Made by a program: the position numbers and the translations under genes. A DNA stretch of 64,000 nt from assembly GCA_964016885.1 (NCBI GenBank), contig OZ024740.1, forward strand, positions 268,770,001 to 268,834,000, in the 5' to 3' direction. Under the pieces are notes generated by a model. That model had not been told where the DNA came from, did no database searches, and saw only the letters and a program-made list of their open reading frames with translations. Of this stretch, positions 24,608 through 38,852 are shown piece by piece. This DNA is from Eledone cirrhosa (Eukaryota). How positions within the stretch are numbered: position 1 is the stretch's first letter; each line of letters begins with the position of its first letter.

Positions 24608-25456
24608 TTCACGATTTTATCGAGTTTATATTCATAGAAATCTTGGACTTGTCTCTTTCTTCTCACTTTCTGTTGCTTAATCCATTTTGTTTGTTCACCC
24701 TAACGTTCTCTTTATTTGCGTGTCCCAACGACTTTTTTTAGCCGTTGTTCGCACCAATCTTAGGTATATGGCCCTTAAAGCGATGAAATGCCTAGGAGGG
24801 TTGGAGGGTCACTGATGAAGGACTCACTTTTTCATATGTAACCCATTTGCAACGCCGCAGCTCCATTATTATCATATTTACACATATATTTTTTCCTCTG
24901 CTGCCACCCGTCTGTTTCGTTCTTTGTATCTTTACCCTTTCTAGCAGTCTCTCTCTCTGTTAGCCTCTTCCTCAACTTTCACTCACTCATACCCTGTCAC
25001 TAGCTCTCCTCCTCTCCTCTTTCTTCCCGCTTGACCTGTCCGATTACTTTTCACGCGCGCTCTTGGCCAAGCTGGTATGCATTTTTTTCTCTCTCTCTCT
25101 CTCGTCTGCGACTTCACAGAACTTATGTTTACCGAATTCGCAGACCAGACCCCTTCTTCTTCCCCCCGTTAGACCTGTGCGAAATTCCTTCCTTGCTCAC
25201 ATTTCAACCAGGTTTGATGGTCTTTATTCTCTCCTTCACGATTTTATCGAGTTTATATTCATAGAAATCTGGGACTTGTCTCTTTCTTCTCACTTTCTGT
25301 TGCTTAAACCATTTTGTTTGTTCACCCTAACGTTCTCTTTATTTACGTGTCCCAACGACTTTTTTTAGCCGTTGTTCGCTCCAACCTGAGGTATATGGCC
25401 CTTAAAGCGATGAAATGCCTAGGACGGTTGGAGGGTCACTGATGAAGGACTCACTT

Positions 25457-25463
<7 letters not shown>
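24608..25463 (+). repeat. Direct repeat pair (~230 bp, ~627 bp apart); related copy at ~28960-29110
   Basis: 24608-24836 matches 25235-25463 (ttcacgattttatcgag..cactgatgaaggactcactttttcatat). Confidence 0.8.
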
Positions 25464-25509
<46 letters not shown>

Positions 25510-25514
<5 letters not shown>

Positions 25515-25732
25515 GGAAAAAATGAAACGATATTTCATTTCCCAAGTGGTTTCTTAAGAGCAAAAGATTTTGCTTTCAATCCTAAGAATGAAAAAAATCC
25601 TGATCTGTTTATTGAAATTGGATTTTAAAAAAAAATGCTATCTATATGAAAGTGAGGCTGGAGAAGGAAGAAGGAAAGGAAAAATAAAATAAAACTACAC
25701 ATGCAAATACACACACAAAAACAAAAAAGCAT

Positions 25733-25803
<71 letters not shown>

Positions 25804-26938
25804 CATATACATACATATATATATATATACATATACATACACTCATACATACACACACACACATATACACACACATATATGTGTATATAAATACACACAA
25901 ACACATATATACATACGCACATAAATATCAACACATCCATACATATATACAACCAAACACACATATATACACTCATACATACACATAGAAACATAAATAT
26001 AAATACATATACATACACACATATACATACATATATATATATATATATTTTATATATATATACACATATACATATATATATATATGTGTACAAGCATACA
26101 CATACACAAACATAGCCATACACACATACATATACATACATACATGCACACAATCATACATATATACACACGTACATACATACACATACATAAATGCACT
26201 CCTCTACATATTCACACACGCAAATAAATATAAGAAAAAAAAAAAATATATATATATATATATATTTAAAAAAATGTTTGACAGCGATACAGAAGGCAGG
26301 TAACTGGACAGACACGCGTGGTAAGTAATACACACAAATGCACGTATTCATACGTACGAAATAGTAAATACATACACACACTCTCACACATAAATATACA
26401 TATACAAATACATAAACACATACATACACATACATGCACAAACACGCACACGCACACGTATACAATTATACACACACATATACACACACATATGTATATG
26501 TAATTATATACACATACATATATATATATATACATAAATATAAACATACACACACACACATATATGTATACATACACACATACATATACATACATAGCTA
26601 TACAATTATACACATACAAATACGTACATATCATAAACACGCACAACCAAATACAAACACACACAGACACATATACATATATATATACATACACATACAT
26701 ACACATACACATGTGTGTGTGTGTAAAACTCAGTGTAAGATAATTCATATGAACCTTACATATACATATATATAGTAGTAAAGTAATAAAGTAATAAGCA
26801 ACATAAGGCAATTATTCCATTCACCAGTGATTTCTTAAAAGCAAAAAATTTTTCATTCAATCTTCAGAATGAAAAAAACCTAGTCTATCTACATATACAT
26901 ACATATACACACACAAATATATATATATACATATATAT

Positions 26939-26982
<44 letters not shown>

Positions 26983-27363
26983 TAATATACATACACATAC
27001 ACATAGGTATGTGAAAGGCAAGGCAAAAAGAATATATGGGGGGGGGGGGGAACATAGGGAAAGATGAAATATAAGGGGAGGTAAGGGAGAAAAAAAATAA
27101 ATATACAAGAGTACAGAACGTAGAATCAGCAAAATAAAAACCGTAGCAGAAGTAAAGGGCAGGAAAGGAGTTCAAGGCGGTTGATTTATCATAGGAGTGT
27201 CAATCCAGTTACAGATCAGATGCGATTTCAGATGAGGACAGCATCTGAAGATCTCAGTCTTTGAGTTACGGCAAGCGGAAGTGGCTCTCAAATTTAGCAA
27301 AATCCTATACTTTTCTGTGGTACACAAAGAACAATTCTTTGTGTCCCTTTGGATAAGATATTT
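25510..27363 (-). mobile_element. 5'-truncated PLE: endonuclease C-terminus plus microsatellite-rich 3'UTR with two degenerate HHRs
   Basis: 27363-27172 translates to KYLIQRDTKNCSLCTTEKYRILLNLRATSACRNSKTEIFRCCPHLKSHLICNWIDTPMINQPP*, matching the tail at 39440-39646; HHR remnants at 26815-26874 and 25533-25593. Confidence 0.85.
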
Positions 27364-27386
27364 AATATGTAGATAGACCAGGTTTT

Positions 27387-27446
27387 TTTCATTCTGAAGA
27401 TTGAAGGAAAAGGTTTTTGCTTTTAAGAAACCACTGGTGAATGGAA
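27387..27446 (+). ncRNA. Hammerhead motif with non-cleavable GUG triplet
   Basis: tttcatt-CTGAAGA-stem II-GAAAC-cactg-GTG-aatggaa. Confidence 0.6.
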
Positions 27447-28627
27447 TAATTGCCTTATGTTGCTTATTACTTTATTACTTTACTACTATATATATGTATA
27501 TGTAAGGTTCATATGAATTATCTTACACTGAGTTTTACACACACACACAAACATGTGTATGTGTATGTATGTGTATGTATATATATATATATATATGTAT
27601 GTGTCTGTGTGTGTGTTTGTATTTGGTTGTGCGTGTTTATGATATGTACGTATTTGTATGTGTATAATTGTATAGCTATGTATGTATATGTATGTATGTA
27701 TACATATATGTGTGTGTGTGTATGTTTATATTTATGTATATATATATATATATATATGTATGTGTATATAATTACATATACATATGTGTGTGTATATGTG
27801 TGTGTATAATTTTATACGTGTGCGTGTGCGTGTTTGTGCATGTATGTGTATGTATGTGTTTATGTATTTGTATATGTATATTTATGTGTGAGAGTGTGTG
27901 TATGTATTTACTATTTCGTACGTATGAATACGTGCATTTGTGTGTATTACTTACCACGCGTGTCTGTCCAGGTACCTGCCTTCTGTATCGCTGTCAAACA
28001 TTTTTTTAAATATATATATATATATATATATTTTTTTTCTCATATTTATTTGCGTGTGTGAATATGTAGAGAAGTGCATTTATGTATGTGTATGTATGTA
28101 CGTGTGTATATATGTATGATTGTGTGCATGTATGTATGTATGTATATGTATGTGTGTATGGCTATGTTTGTGTATGTGTATGCTTGTACACATATATATA
28201 TATATATATGTATATGTGTATATATATGTATATATGTATGTATATGTGTGTATGTATATGTATTTATATTTATGTTTCTATGTGTATGTATGTGTGTATA
28301 TATGTGTGTGTGGTTGTATATATGTATGTGTATGTATGGATGTGTTGATATTTATGTGCGTATGTATATATGTGTTTGTGTGTATTTATATACACATATA
28401 TGTGTGTATATATGTGTGTGTGTGTATGTATGAGTGTATGTATATGTATATATATATGTATGTATATATATATGTGTGTGTGTATGTATGCTTTTGTGTT
28501 TTTGTGTGTGTATTTGCATGTGTAGTTTTATTTTATTTTTCCTTTCCTTCTTCCTTCTCCAGCCTCACTTTCATATAGATTGCATTTTTGTTTTTAAAAT
28601 CCAAATTCAATAAACAGACCAGGATTT

Positions 28628-28687
28628 TTTCATTCTGAGGATTGAAAGCAAAATCTTTTGCTTTTAAGAAACCACTGGTAAATGGAA
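28628..28687 (+). ncRNA. Type I hammerhead ribozyme (intact core)
   Basis: tttcatt-CTGAGGA-ttgaaagcaaaa tc ttttgcttttaa-GAAAC-cactg-GTA-aatggaa; long stem II. Confidence 0.85.
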
Positions 28688-30425
28688 TAATTGCCTTATG
28701 TTGTTTATTACATAACTATTAAGCTCTGTTACCTACATAGAGCACTCTTTTTTCCTGGACTTTTCCGACGGAATTACTTCATTTATATATATATATATAT
28801 GCAAAAAGTAAACAGAAATAAGAATATATGTCGCACGGTCTGTTGTCTCTCGCTCATGAAATCCACACAGCTAAAGCTGATCGGACTCCCATGTGCTTGT
28901 TTTTTCCTATCTTTGCGTTGCTATCCTTCTATGTTTGTTTACTTGTCTCGCTCGCTTTACGCGATTTACTTGTCCCAATAGCTTTGTTTAGCTATTGCTC
29001 GCACCAACTGGAGGTATATGATTTTTAAAGCGATGAAATACCAATGAAGGTTGGAAAATCACTGATGAAGGACTATTTTTATCATATGTAACCCATGTGC
29101 AACCATGCAGTATTCATTCTTCTCATGTTTTATATATATTTATATATATGCACTGATATACTCTCTTCTAGGAAAAATATTTTTCTTCATGTTTGGCCCA
29201 GAAAATTAATGTACGTAACTCTCTTCGTCCATGCACACAAACTTCCTCATACATACATTTGTACACATCCATATACACATGCACACCTGATTAAACTATA
29301 CGTGAAAATATACCCCACGCAGAGAAATATTTGTACTTTAATGCTGTCAAGCAACGCCGCAGGAGTTCAGCACGAACATAAATATATAGAAAATTAATAT
29401 ATTCTACGCCGATTTAAAGGTACATGGTTAAATTTCAACTCAGATTCCTATGAATATGTTCGTAATTTTGTAAGAAAATTACAATATTTGGTTAGTCTCT
29501 GATCATAGCACATGGAGGGTGTCAATTAAATTGTAGCCTGAAACGAATCCATTAATATTAGATAGCGAAAACATTAATTCACTTGCCTCTAACTAAAAGA
29601 AATACTTGCAAAATTTTGTTGTTCGATAGAAAATATACACAAAGTTACTCGCAGGAATAAAACATAAAGCATTAAAATGTTGGTTTCAAATCAGCGTATA
29701 AATTAACGTATAAATTAACGTCAACACGTAAATGTAAATATGTGCCAGACGGTTGAATTCATCCGGTGTATTGGACCAGCAGCGAGAAAGTACAGCTTCC
29801 CTTTCTATGATTAGAGGACTTAACTAATTTCGCCGTTTCTGTTTCCTTAGTTGTAGATATGTGCTATGTGAAGGTACAACTCATCAATTAAAGCTACAGA
29901 AACGTTGTATGATTGATGTTTTACACCTGCATATTGCCAAGCAGTTAAATGTATTGTAAGTGACCACATCCATAAAGTGTCACTACACTGTACAAAAGTA
30001 CGACAGTTGATATAGAAGCATCGATATACTAACGTATTCAAGAAGATTATCTCGATATCTAACCTCATACCATGATTTACTTGGTCACTTGATCTGCAGG
30101 AAATAACAGTTAAATAACACTCCACCATCATAAAATGAAATGGCATGGCAAGGATGCATTGCTCATACATTTATTCAATTAAGACTTATCCGGTTCTAAA
30201 AATCAGCCAAATCAGCTTTGGTTCAGTTACATGCCGTTGAATTAGTATGGTTAACTGGGTGTTTCTTTAAATCTCAGTGTTGATTTAAAGTCCGTATATT
30301 TACAAGAAAAAATCAAAATAGGAGTAAGAGAATCGAAACAAAATTGAAGTTCCTTATGTCACTCAAGTCTATCTAATTCTTTATTCTTTTATAATTCTTA
30401 ATTCTTTTATTATTACCTCCTGAAT

Positions 30426-30614
30426 AAGGCGGTGAATTGGCAGTGTCAGTCGAGGGTCGGACGCCATACTTTGCAGCATATAATTACGGCCTTTTATGGT
30501 CTGAATTCAAATCCGACTGAAGTGAACTTTGCCTATCATACTTACGGGGTCGATAAAATAAAGTTCTAGTAATGCACTGGGATAATTGCTGGCCTTGTGC
30601 CAAACGTAGAAACA
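30426..30614 (+). mobile_element. tRNA-derived SINE with 17-bp TSD
   Basis: attattacctcctgaat at 30409-30425 and 30615-30631 flanks a full SINE copy. Confidence 0.9.
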
Positions 30615-31212
30615 ATTATTACCTCCTGAATGATAGGGAATCACCTATACTGGAGCACTGTCATACCACTATATTTGCAATCTACCAAGTTATGGAAGAG
30701 TACAGATGAAAGTTTGCTAAACATTTAAAGCATTAAAAGTTAATGCCGAAAATTTACGGCTAATGAGAAATTAACCCCCCTCGCTATAGATTCATCTATG
30801 ACTTGTTAGTTCTTTTTCCAACAGCAAAATATGTTAACTAACAGGATTGAAAGAAACACATTTTCAAATCTCATAAAAATGTATTTCTACTCCAATCGAT
30901 GTATAAATTAGATACGGCAAGAACATGAATGTTACTTCATTTTACAGTACTGTCGTTCCCTGGATTACGATGGCCACAGTTAGTGATATTTGACCGTTGA
31001 TAACTAAGTTCTTCAGCCAGATAGTAAATGTACTAAATATTAATATTACAATCTCTTGAATCACGAGAAGGTTGTTCGGTACCCTATGAATTCCACCTTC
31101 TCCACTCACTTTATACTGCGTCAATTACACATCACTCTTATCACCCAAACTATTTGATTGGGCGTATACTAGCAAACACCTACTTCCTTCAGCTTCAATT
31201 GATCTTCAAGCA

Positions 31213-31404
31213 TTGGCTGAAAAGTTCATAGACCAAGATAACTTAATGGAATCACCAAATGAGGTTTATTTTTCAACATAGCCCCTCGGTAGAAACAATG
31301 CAGTTATTAATAAGCAGAGTTGAAATTGATACATGCAATTTTTCACAGATCTAGCACCAATACTTCATAGAGTCAGCCAATGAAGTTTTTACTCGACCCT
31401 CGTA
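31213..31404. mobile_element. mariner-like MITE remnant
   Basis: Left ttggctgaaaagttcata; right agtcagccaatgaagtttttactcgaccctcgta (reverse reads TACGAGGG.., a typical mariner TIR start). Confidence 0.55.
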
Positions 31405-33120
31405 TAGCTTAATACATGTTCTGGACCGTTGCTGTATCAAAAGAGTATCAATTACTGATTGAATGTTCCACGGTTCTTATTTTATTGCCCGCCCTATATT
31501 ATATTCATAGTCGGAAATTTATGGAATACAACCCAACCCTTCTGAATGGACATATAAGACGAAGAATTGGCAGTTTCATTAGGGAAATAGATATTTTTGT
31601 GTTATTTTTCTGCGTTCAAATCCCACCAAGGCCAGCTTTGCATTTTATTCCCTCTTGATCCATAAATAAAATACCAGCCTAATATTAGCGCCAAGTCATC
31701 ATTTCTATCTCTTCTCTCACTCTCTCTTTCTCATTGGAAGAAGCCAGCTATGGTCTGACGTGCAGAAGTAGGCGCTCTACCAGATTGTAAATGCCCAGGA
31801 CTGCAACCCTGCGATAGTAGCTCAAAGGACGAAATATAAACCCAGCAATGACATAATCTAGCTCAACCTAATAATCATCATTAGAAATATACATTTCTTT
31901 CGTTTGTAAATTGAGTTCAATTTCCATAATAGATAAAACTTGATGAAGATTGACTCCACTTAAGAGATCCGTCTTTGATACAATGTAAGACGATGTTTTC
32001 AACCAGTCAAGCCACATACTTGAAGCAGAAAGAGTTCAATGTTAGCTATTAGATACCATCTCTCCTACATTCAGTATAGATTCTTTGCTAATTTTCTGTT
32101 CACTTAGCCAAAGCAATGTTTCATACCAATAATCAGGAAATGAGAACATGTGTTATAACTTTTTTATATGATTTATTAATATAGCAACACTTAATCATTC
32201 ACACGAATATTAAATCTATACGTTTTTGACGGATACTCAATGACGGTGGAGTTATTTTTCATTATGCTGCCAAATGTCTGTTTTATTGCAGTTTATAAAC
32301 AACTTGCTGATGGCAAAATTTAGTCTATGTTTGTAGGATTGTTATCAGCCATAACTTAGTTGCCAATAAAATATTCGTTATTCGTGTTTTAAATAATTAT
32401 GTATAAAGTTGAAAATTCGGAAAGAATTCTATTTTGGATTCAATTACTTTAATTAAGTTTGTAACCATTAGAAACGAAAAATAAGAATACCTTTTAATGT
32501 ATGTCATTTTGAAAGCCCCATCATCAGCAACAACAACGTCAATCATAACAATAATATAACCACATATATAATGTTATGCACGAGCGAATATTTGACAAGT
32601 ATAAAGATCGGACACTACAAAATTTTATTGAGGTAAACAGTAAAGCAGATTTTTAATTTTATGCTAATGTGGTCAATACAGTTTTTCAGTAACGGGTTAA
32701 ATACTTGCTATTTCATTGCACCAGGTGCAGTTTGGAAGGTAGTTAAAGAGGCGAATGCAGTTACTGTCTTCTGCTGATACCGTAAATTACCATGTTGCTG
32801 CTCTTGCATCTGCTACTAATGCTGATATACACGTGATGTTCATTCAGTAGCTGTTATTACAGCAATTGCAATAATTTCACTAATTATATGAAAGCATGTA
32901 TTTCACTAATTATATGGAAGAATGTAATTTAATTGTCAATTCCCTTTAATTGTATCTCTAATTGTTTATTTTACTATGTAAATATTTTGCTTCTTTATCA
33001 AAATTACTCTCCGCTGTCACACCAGAACCTAAGTATTTAGTACATTTTAAATAAATCTAAATTTAACTTGTACTTAGAAAAGTTCTGAGAAAAATTACAA
33101 GGGCTAGAATTAACACGTAT

Positions 33121-33715
33121 TCTCTTGAATAATAATTGTTTCTATTTTTGGCATAAGGCCAACAATAACCTCAGTGTATTACTGGTACTTTATTTCATCG
33201 ACCCCATAACGATGAACGGCAAAGTTTACCTGGGCGGGATTTGAACTGCCAATCCACTGCCCTTTACTTGAATAATAATGATTTCTACTATAGGCACAAG
33301 GTCAGTAATTTGGGGGAAGGGGAAAGTCGATTAAATCGACCCCAGTACGTTACTGGTACTTTATTTTATCGACCCCGTAAGGATGAAAGGCAAAGTTAAC
33401 CTCGGCAGGATTTGAACTCAGATCGTAAAGGGACGTAACTCTATACTTAAAAGCATGGCGTCCAACTCTCTACCGACACGGTCAATCCAATGCCCTTCTC
33501 TTGAATAATAATTGTTTCTACTTTTGGCACAAGGCCAGCAATTACCCAGTGCATTACTGGTACTTTAATTTATCGACCCCGTAAGGATAAAAGGCAAAGT
33601 TAACCTCGGCGGGATTTGAACTCAGAATGGCAAGGGTCGTAACTCTATTCGTCAAAGCATGGCGTCCGACCCTCTACCGATACTGCCAATCCATGCCTTC
33701 TCTTGAATAATAATA
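33121..33715 (-). mobile_element. Three tandem SINE copies separated by a reiterated target sequence
   Basis: Copies at ~33135-33262, 33280-33495 and 33511-33697; cttgaataataat occurs four times at the junctions. Confidence 0.85.
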
Positions 33716-35569
33716 ATAGTTGTTTGCATAATAAATAGTTCCAATCATGTAGAAATGGAAGAAAAAGAGGCATGGTAATTTTGCCGTATATATTAGGGAC
33801 GTAAGGAAGGAGGTTTCATACTAGAAATAGAACCCTTGTTATGGGTTAACCCAAACTTAAAACTCTATTGCACTATCATGAGCCTCTACATGACCTCGGT
33901 CTTGTTGCGTCAAATAACAGTCAAATTATAGTCTCAAAAAAAGAATGAAATATGCATTGGATAATGTAGTTCTACACACATTGTCTGGAATACAACGTGA
34001 TACATGTGGTTAAAATGTCTTTGATCAAAGGTATGTTCTATCAGTAGTGACATAGGAGAAAATAATAATCGGTTAGAGTTTATAATTTTCTAAGAAGACA
34101 TTGTATGTTTTATTGAATCCGCTTCTGTATGTTTACGGTATAGTAAACAGTCCGATGCTACTGATGTGTCAATTCATCTACTTAACTGTTTATACTAATA
34201 AAAGAAAATGCAAAGAATGTTAAAATGTAATTTGTTGCAAATGAAATTATTTATATTTACAGGAAGATTTCTAAGAGATTTGGATAACATCAGTTGAAGT
34301 GTTGCATTAAAAATTTAACATTTCTGGTTTTGCTCTTAGTCCAAATATGAAGAACAAAGACAATGAGGTGATGTTGTTTGGACCTTGTTTAATTAATTAT
34401 TGCCGACCTATATAATCGGTAGTTTCCTCTCATTTCTGATGTTAAACTTTGGCCAAGTTGATACTACGTGCAACCTGATAACCTTTTGAGTTTGTTCGTC
34501 AACTCAGCATTTTGGAAAATATATATAACCGCAGTCACCTTTCATTAAGAGTAATTGTCAAGTATATTGAAATTAATTATGCTCCCTAATGTTGTTTAAC
34601 GAGTATTTTTGTTGGTGATTAGCCCTCTGATGAGCCCTTATTAAAAGAACACCTATATTGTAAGACGTTATAATCATGTGCAATGTATCACATTCCGATG
34701 AGAAAAATAACATAAGACCTTATTATCCAGTATGGACAGTTTTTTCAGGATGGTAGATAGGGCCGGATTTAGAATATATTCACGTGCTTGGCGAACGAAA
34801 GAACACGACAGCACAGAACCTTTTCCAATGTCGGATTTAATATATTATAGATTATAAATTGAAACTACGTTTCAAACAAATATATGAAAAAGTGTCGCTC
34901 ATTTTAATTGTTTTGCTTTTATTGATTTTTGCTATTTATTGTAAAGTGAATACGATAGAAATATCAGGTTATATCAAATATAGTTGTGGTTCTCGTAAGA
35001 AAGATTAACACAAAGAAAGCTGATTGTTAATCTATTATTTCCCACCCAAAACATATGTCTTAATGGCTATTCAATTAGATAATATAAATGTCAAGGGGAC
35101 ACCATTTTGGCGGTGTACATAGGCGATCAGTTCATTTTAATCGGCTCAGAAGGTATTGTGCCTGTTGAACGAAATTTAGCTATTTTTAGAAGATTTCAAC
35201 GCACACATAGAAGCTCCTAAATTAACTCATGAGTAAGTGTTAGATTGGAGTGCTGTAGGAATTTATTGATAAGCTCTCTTGTCAGCTGGTTCGATCATAT
35301 AGTGAAACTAAATTACTTTTTATATTTATGATTTCCGTGTTAAATGGTATCGATGATATAGACGTTCCTCAAGCTGGCACACTACAGAGGTTAAGAGGTT
35401 ATCTAACACAAAATATTCAGAGGTTATTTAACGAATCGGTTGTTTCGTTTATTCCTTTTGTTTAACAAATCTGAAATTTCTGTACCTTAAATCCTATTAC
35501 TATACTTCATATTCTCAAACCTTTAAAAAAATATTCTTCAAGCGATATAAGGTATGACACATCAAAATT

Positions 35570-35756
<187 letters not shown>

Positions 35757-35922
35757 GCGGGAAGTAGTGCATACAAAGAACTCAGAAATCTATTTCTTTT
35801 TCCTCCCAAACTCAATCATACAGTAGTCCAACAGATTCCTCTTACAGATCAGGTCTTAACAAACTAATATTTAATAAACTCAAGAAAAAAAAAATTCTCT
35901 CCCTTTCCACACGCATACGCAA

Positions 35923-35924
<2 letters not shown>

Positions 35925-36014
<90 letters not shown>
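35925..36014. repeat. (AG)n microsatellite
   Basis: Direct reading. Confidence 0.95.
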
Positions 36015-36016
<2 letters not shown>

Positions 36017-36097
36017 AATGTTACCGTTTAGTGCATATAGATATATTTTAGAAACAATCCTGTTCCATTGATAAATTATAATAAATTATTGACAAAG

Positions 36098-36193
<96 letters not shown>

Positions 36194-36503
36194 TATAAAT
36201 ATATGTATATAAATATATGTATGTACATATATATATATATATATTCGTTTGAGTGTGTGTATGACTGTAATATCTATATATGTATATAGGTTTTACACTC
36301 ATACACACAAAACCTATGTATATATCCATATACGCATATACAGCAATGGAAACAGGGTGTAAGAGGGGAAGATAGAGATATAATTAATAGTTACATGTTT
36401 TTAAAAATATAATGGAAGTAATAAATCTTGTATGAAAATAATGTTTACACACACAGAGACAGACATAGAGACTCAGACACAGACACACAAACACACACAC
36501 AAA

Positions 36504-36683
<180 letters not shown>

Positions 36684-37660
36684 TAGATATATATATACAT
36701 ATATATTGTTTAGACCTACACGTTCGAAAAGTTTTCGACAGATTAGTGTCGGCTTGAATAGATATACAAATCAATAAAATAACAAACAAACACAGAAAAC
36801 ATTAAATATCTCAATGTATGTTCTTTTTAACGTTTAAAGGAACACTGTGGTCTTGCAGCTGCTTTCTATTCTTTCACTTTTTTCCAATCTTTTATTTATT
36901 CTTTATCTGCGTATATTTTTTATATAGACATTGCCGAACAGAAAATAAACCACCCCAGCTGTTTGACCTCGGGTTTGGAAATAAGTTTTCATTCTGAACT
37001 TATTTACGTTGTTTTCTTTGCCAATTCTATTTCACTATAGAATAAATAAAGTTTTAACAATCCATTATATTAGGCTTCTAGAAATATTTTGAATAAAAAC
37101 ACGCAGAATATAGCAAAACATATTTTTCGCATTACAAAAAAAGTAAAACTAAAAATCCCAAACGAAACTAAAACAAAAAATAAACTAAAAGATCCGTTTT
37201 CTAATGTTTACATATTCTTGAGTGAAACTATATAACTATATATTTATGTATATATATTCGTATATTAATTCCTACATTGTGTGGGTGAATTGTTCTGATA
37301 AGTATCTCGACTGATTTTTGTTGACTGATTGTTACAACATATATTTCCCACTCCTCGAAATTTACTTGGAACAGACATCATTCAAACTTGTTCAACAAAC
37401 GAGAAAAATATTTTCCAAATCACACTGGAGGACTGATAAGTAGAAAGTTTAAAACTCCTGTCTGTGTTTTGTTATTTAGAAAACAAACTCTGTTAAACTA
37501 TGTTATGTACTGAATATAGCTTAAAGCTTCAGAATACCAATTTATGCAATCGGGATTTCTTGATCGGTTCGTTTTTGCAAGGCCATTGTCACTGCTTTGT
37601 AGAATCTAACAATGTGAAATTTCCAAAGAAAAGTATTTGACGACTCCATTAACAAACATT

Positions 37661-37777
37661 CTGAGTTCAAATACCGCCGAGGTAAACGTGCCTTTCATCC
37701 TTACGGGGTCGATAAAATAAAGTACCAGTAATGCGCTGGGATAATTGCTGGCCTTGTGCCAAAAGTTGAAACAATTA
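37661..37777 (+). mobile_element. 5'-truncated SINE
   Basis: B-box onward of the SINE family. Confidence 0.8.
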
Positions 37778-38154
37778 TTTAAAAACAAACAAACAAATAA
37801 TCAGACAAACGAATTAATGAAATTAGCAGAGGAAAACACAAGCATATTTAGTGGCAAGAGTTAAAAACATATGGGATTTGATCTAATAAATCACTTCTTG
37901 TTCGATGATCAGTAAATTTGTTAAAATCTCGAAGGCTAGTATATACAGACAGTGATTACATAAACGATTATTCATAGTGTTATATTTCTCCTCAGAGTAT
38001 AGATGTTACTGACGCCAAATGGTCTGTCTTATATTTCATCATGTTTCATTATTTAGTGCTGAAAATTTATTAGAAAATATAACTGAGATATATGTTTTTA
38101 TGAGATTTATATATACATGCACACCCACTCACATATACCCAAACTCATACGCAT

Positions 38155-38195
<41 letters not shown>

Positions 38196-38337
38196 TATGC
38201 GTATGGTCATAAATTATATATATATATATTTGTATCTCAACCTTTCAAGTCATCTCAAATTTTCTCAGTGTCTCCTAAGAATATTTTTACTCGCTTTGAG
38301 TCCTCTTTGGTTTTTTGTCTCTTTAATCATCAAGAAT

Positions 38338-38417
<80 letters not shown>

Positions 38418-38852
38418 CAATATTCAATAATATACAATAATATATATATATATATCATAAATCATGTCTTTAGAATCATCAGATATTAAAATATATACTA
38501 TTTCCTCTTCTAATTAGCATAATTAACGATATACAAAATCAAATCTAGCAAGCTTTAAGAATAAATTTTCTTATGGGGAAATCTCCGACAAACAATCGAC
38601 CGTAGCCTCTTCGCGGCAGCCCCGTTCCATTATTTATCGAACATTTCGACAGCATGCAGACTTCGACCAAATATACCATCAACCACACACAATTAGTAGT
38701 AAAATTAAACTTAGAAGAAATGCGCACATACCGTAATTATATCCCTACCATGGTTTCTTCCTTATTTAGGACATCCAAATAATATGGATTTCCAGAGTTA
38801 GTTTCATCAGGGGATAAACTCAAAATCAGACATTTAGTTTTTCAATCCGATC

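Larger units (their letters stand above)
27368..28790 (+). mobile_element. Inverted pseudo-LTR of the adjacent PLE, with HHRs at both ends
   Basis: Reverse complement of ~25545-26893; HHR cores at 27394 and 28635. Confidence 0.85.

Noticed and set aside
24780-24860. CTGATGA-containing repeat (also 25438, 29063) as an HHR
   Set aside because: No downstream GAAA box or stem I/III pairing could be fitted.
29847-31200. ORFs 29847-30170 and 30942-31124 as host exons
   Set aside because: No recognisable domain; candidate splice sites give early stops in the frames tried.
34263-34367. Possible exon (acceptor tttacAG, donor GTgatg)
   Set aside because: Stops in all three frames and a weak donor; cannot be supported without transcripts.
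38760-38815. Minus-strand CTGATGA..GAAAT motif
   Set aside because: No stem II or stem I pairing, and the triplet would be AUG.
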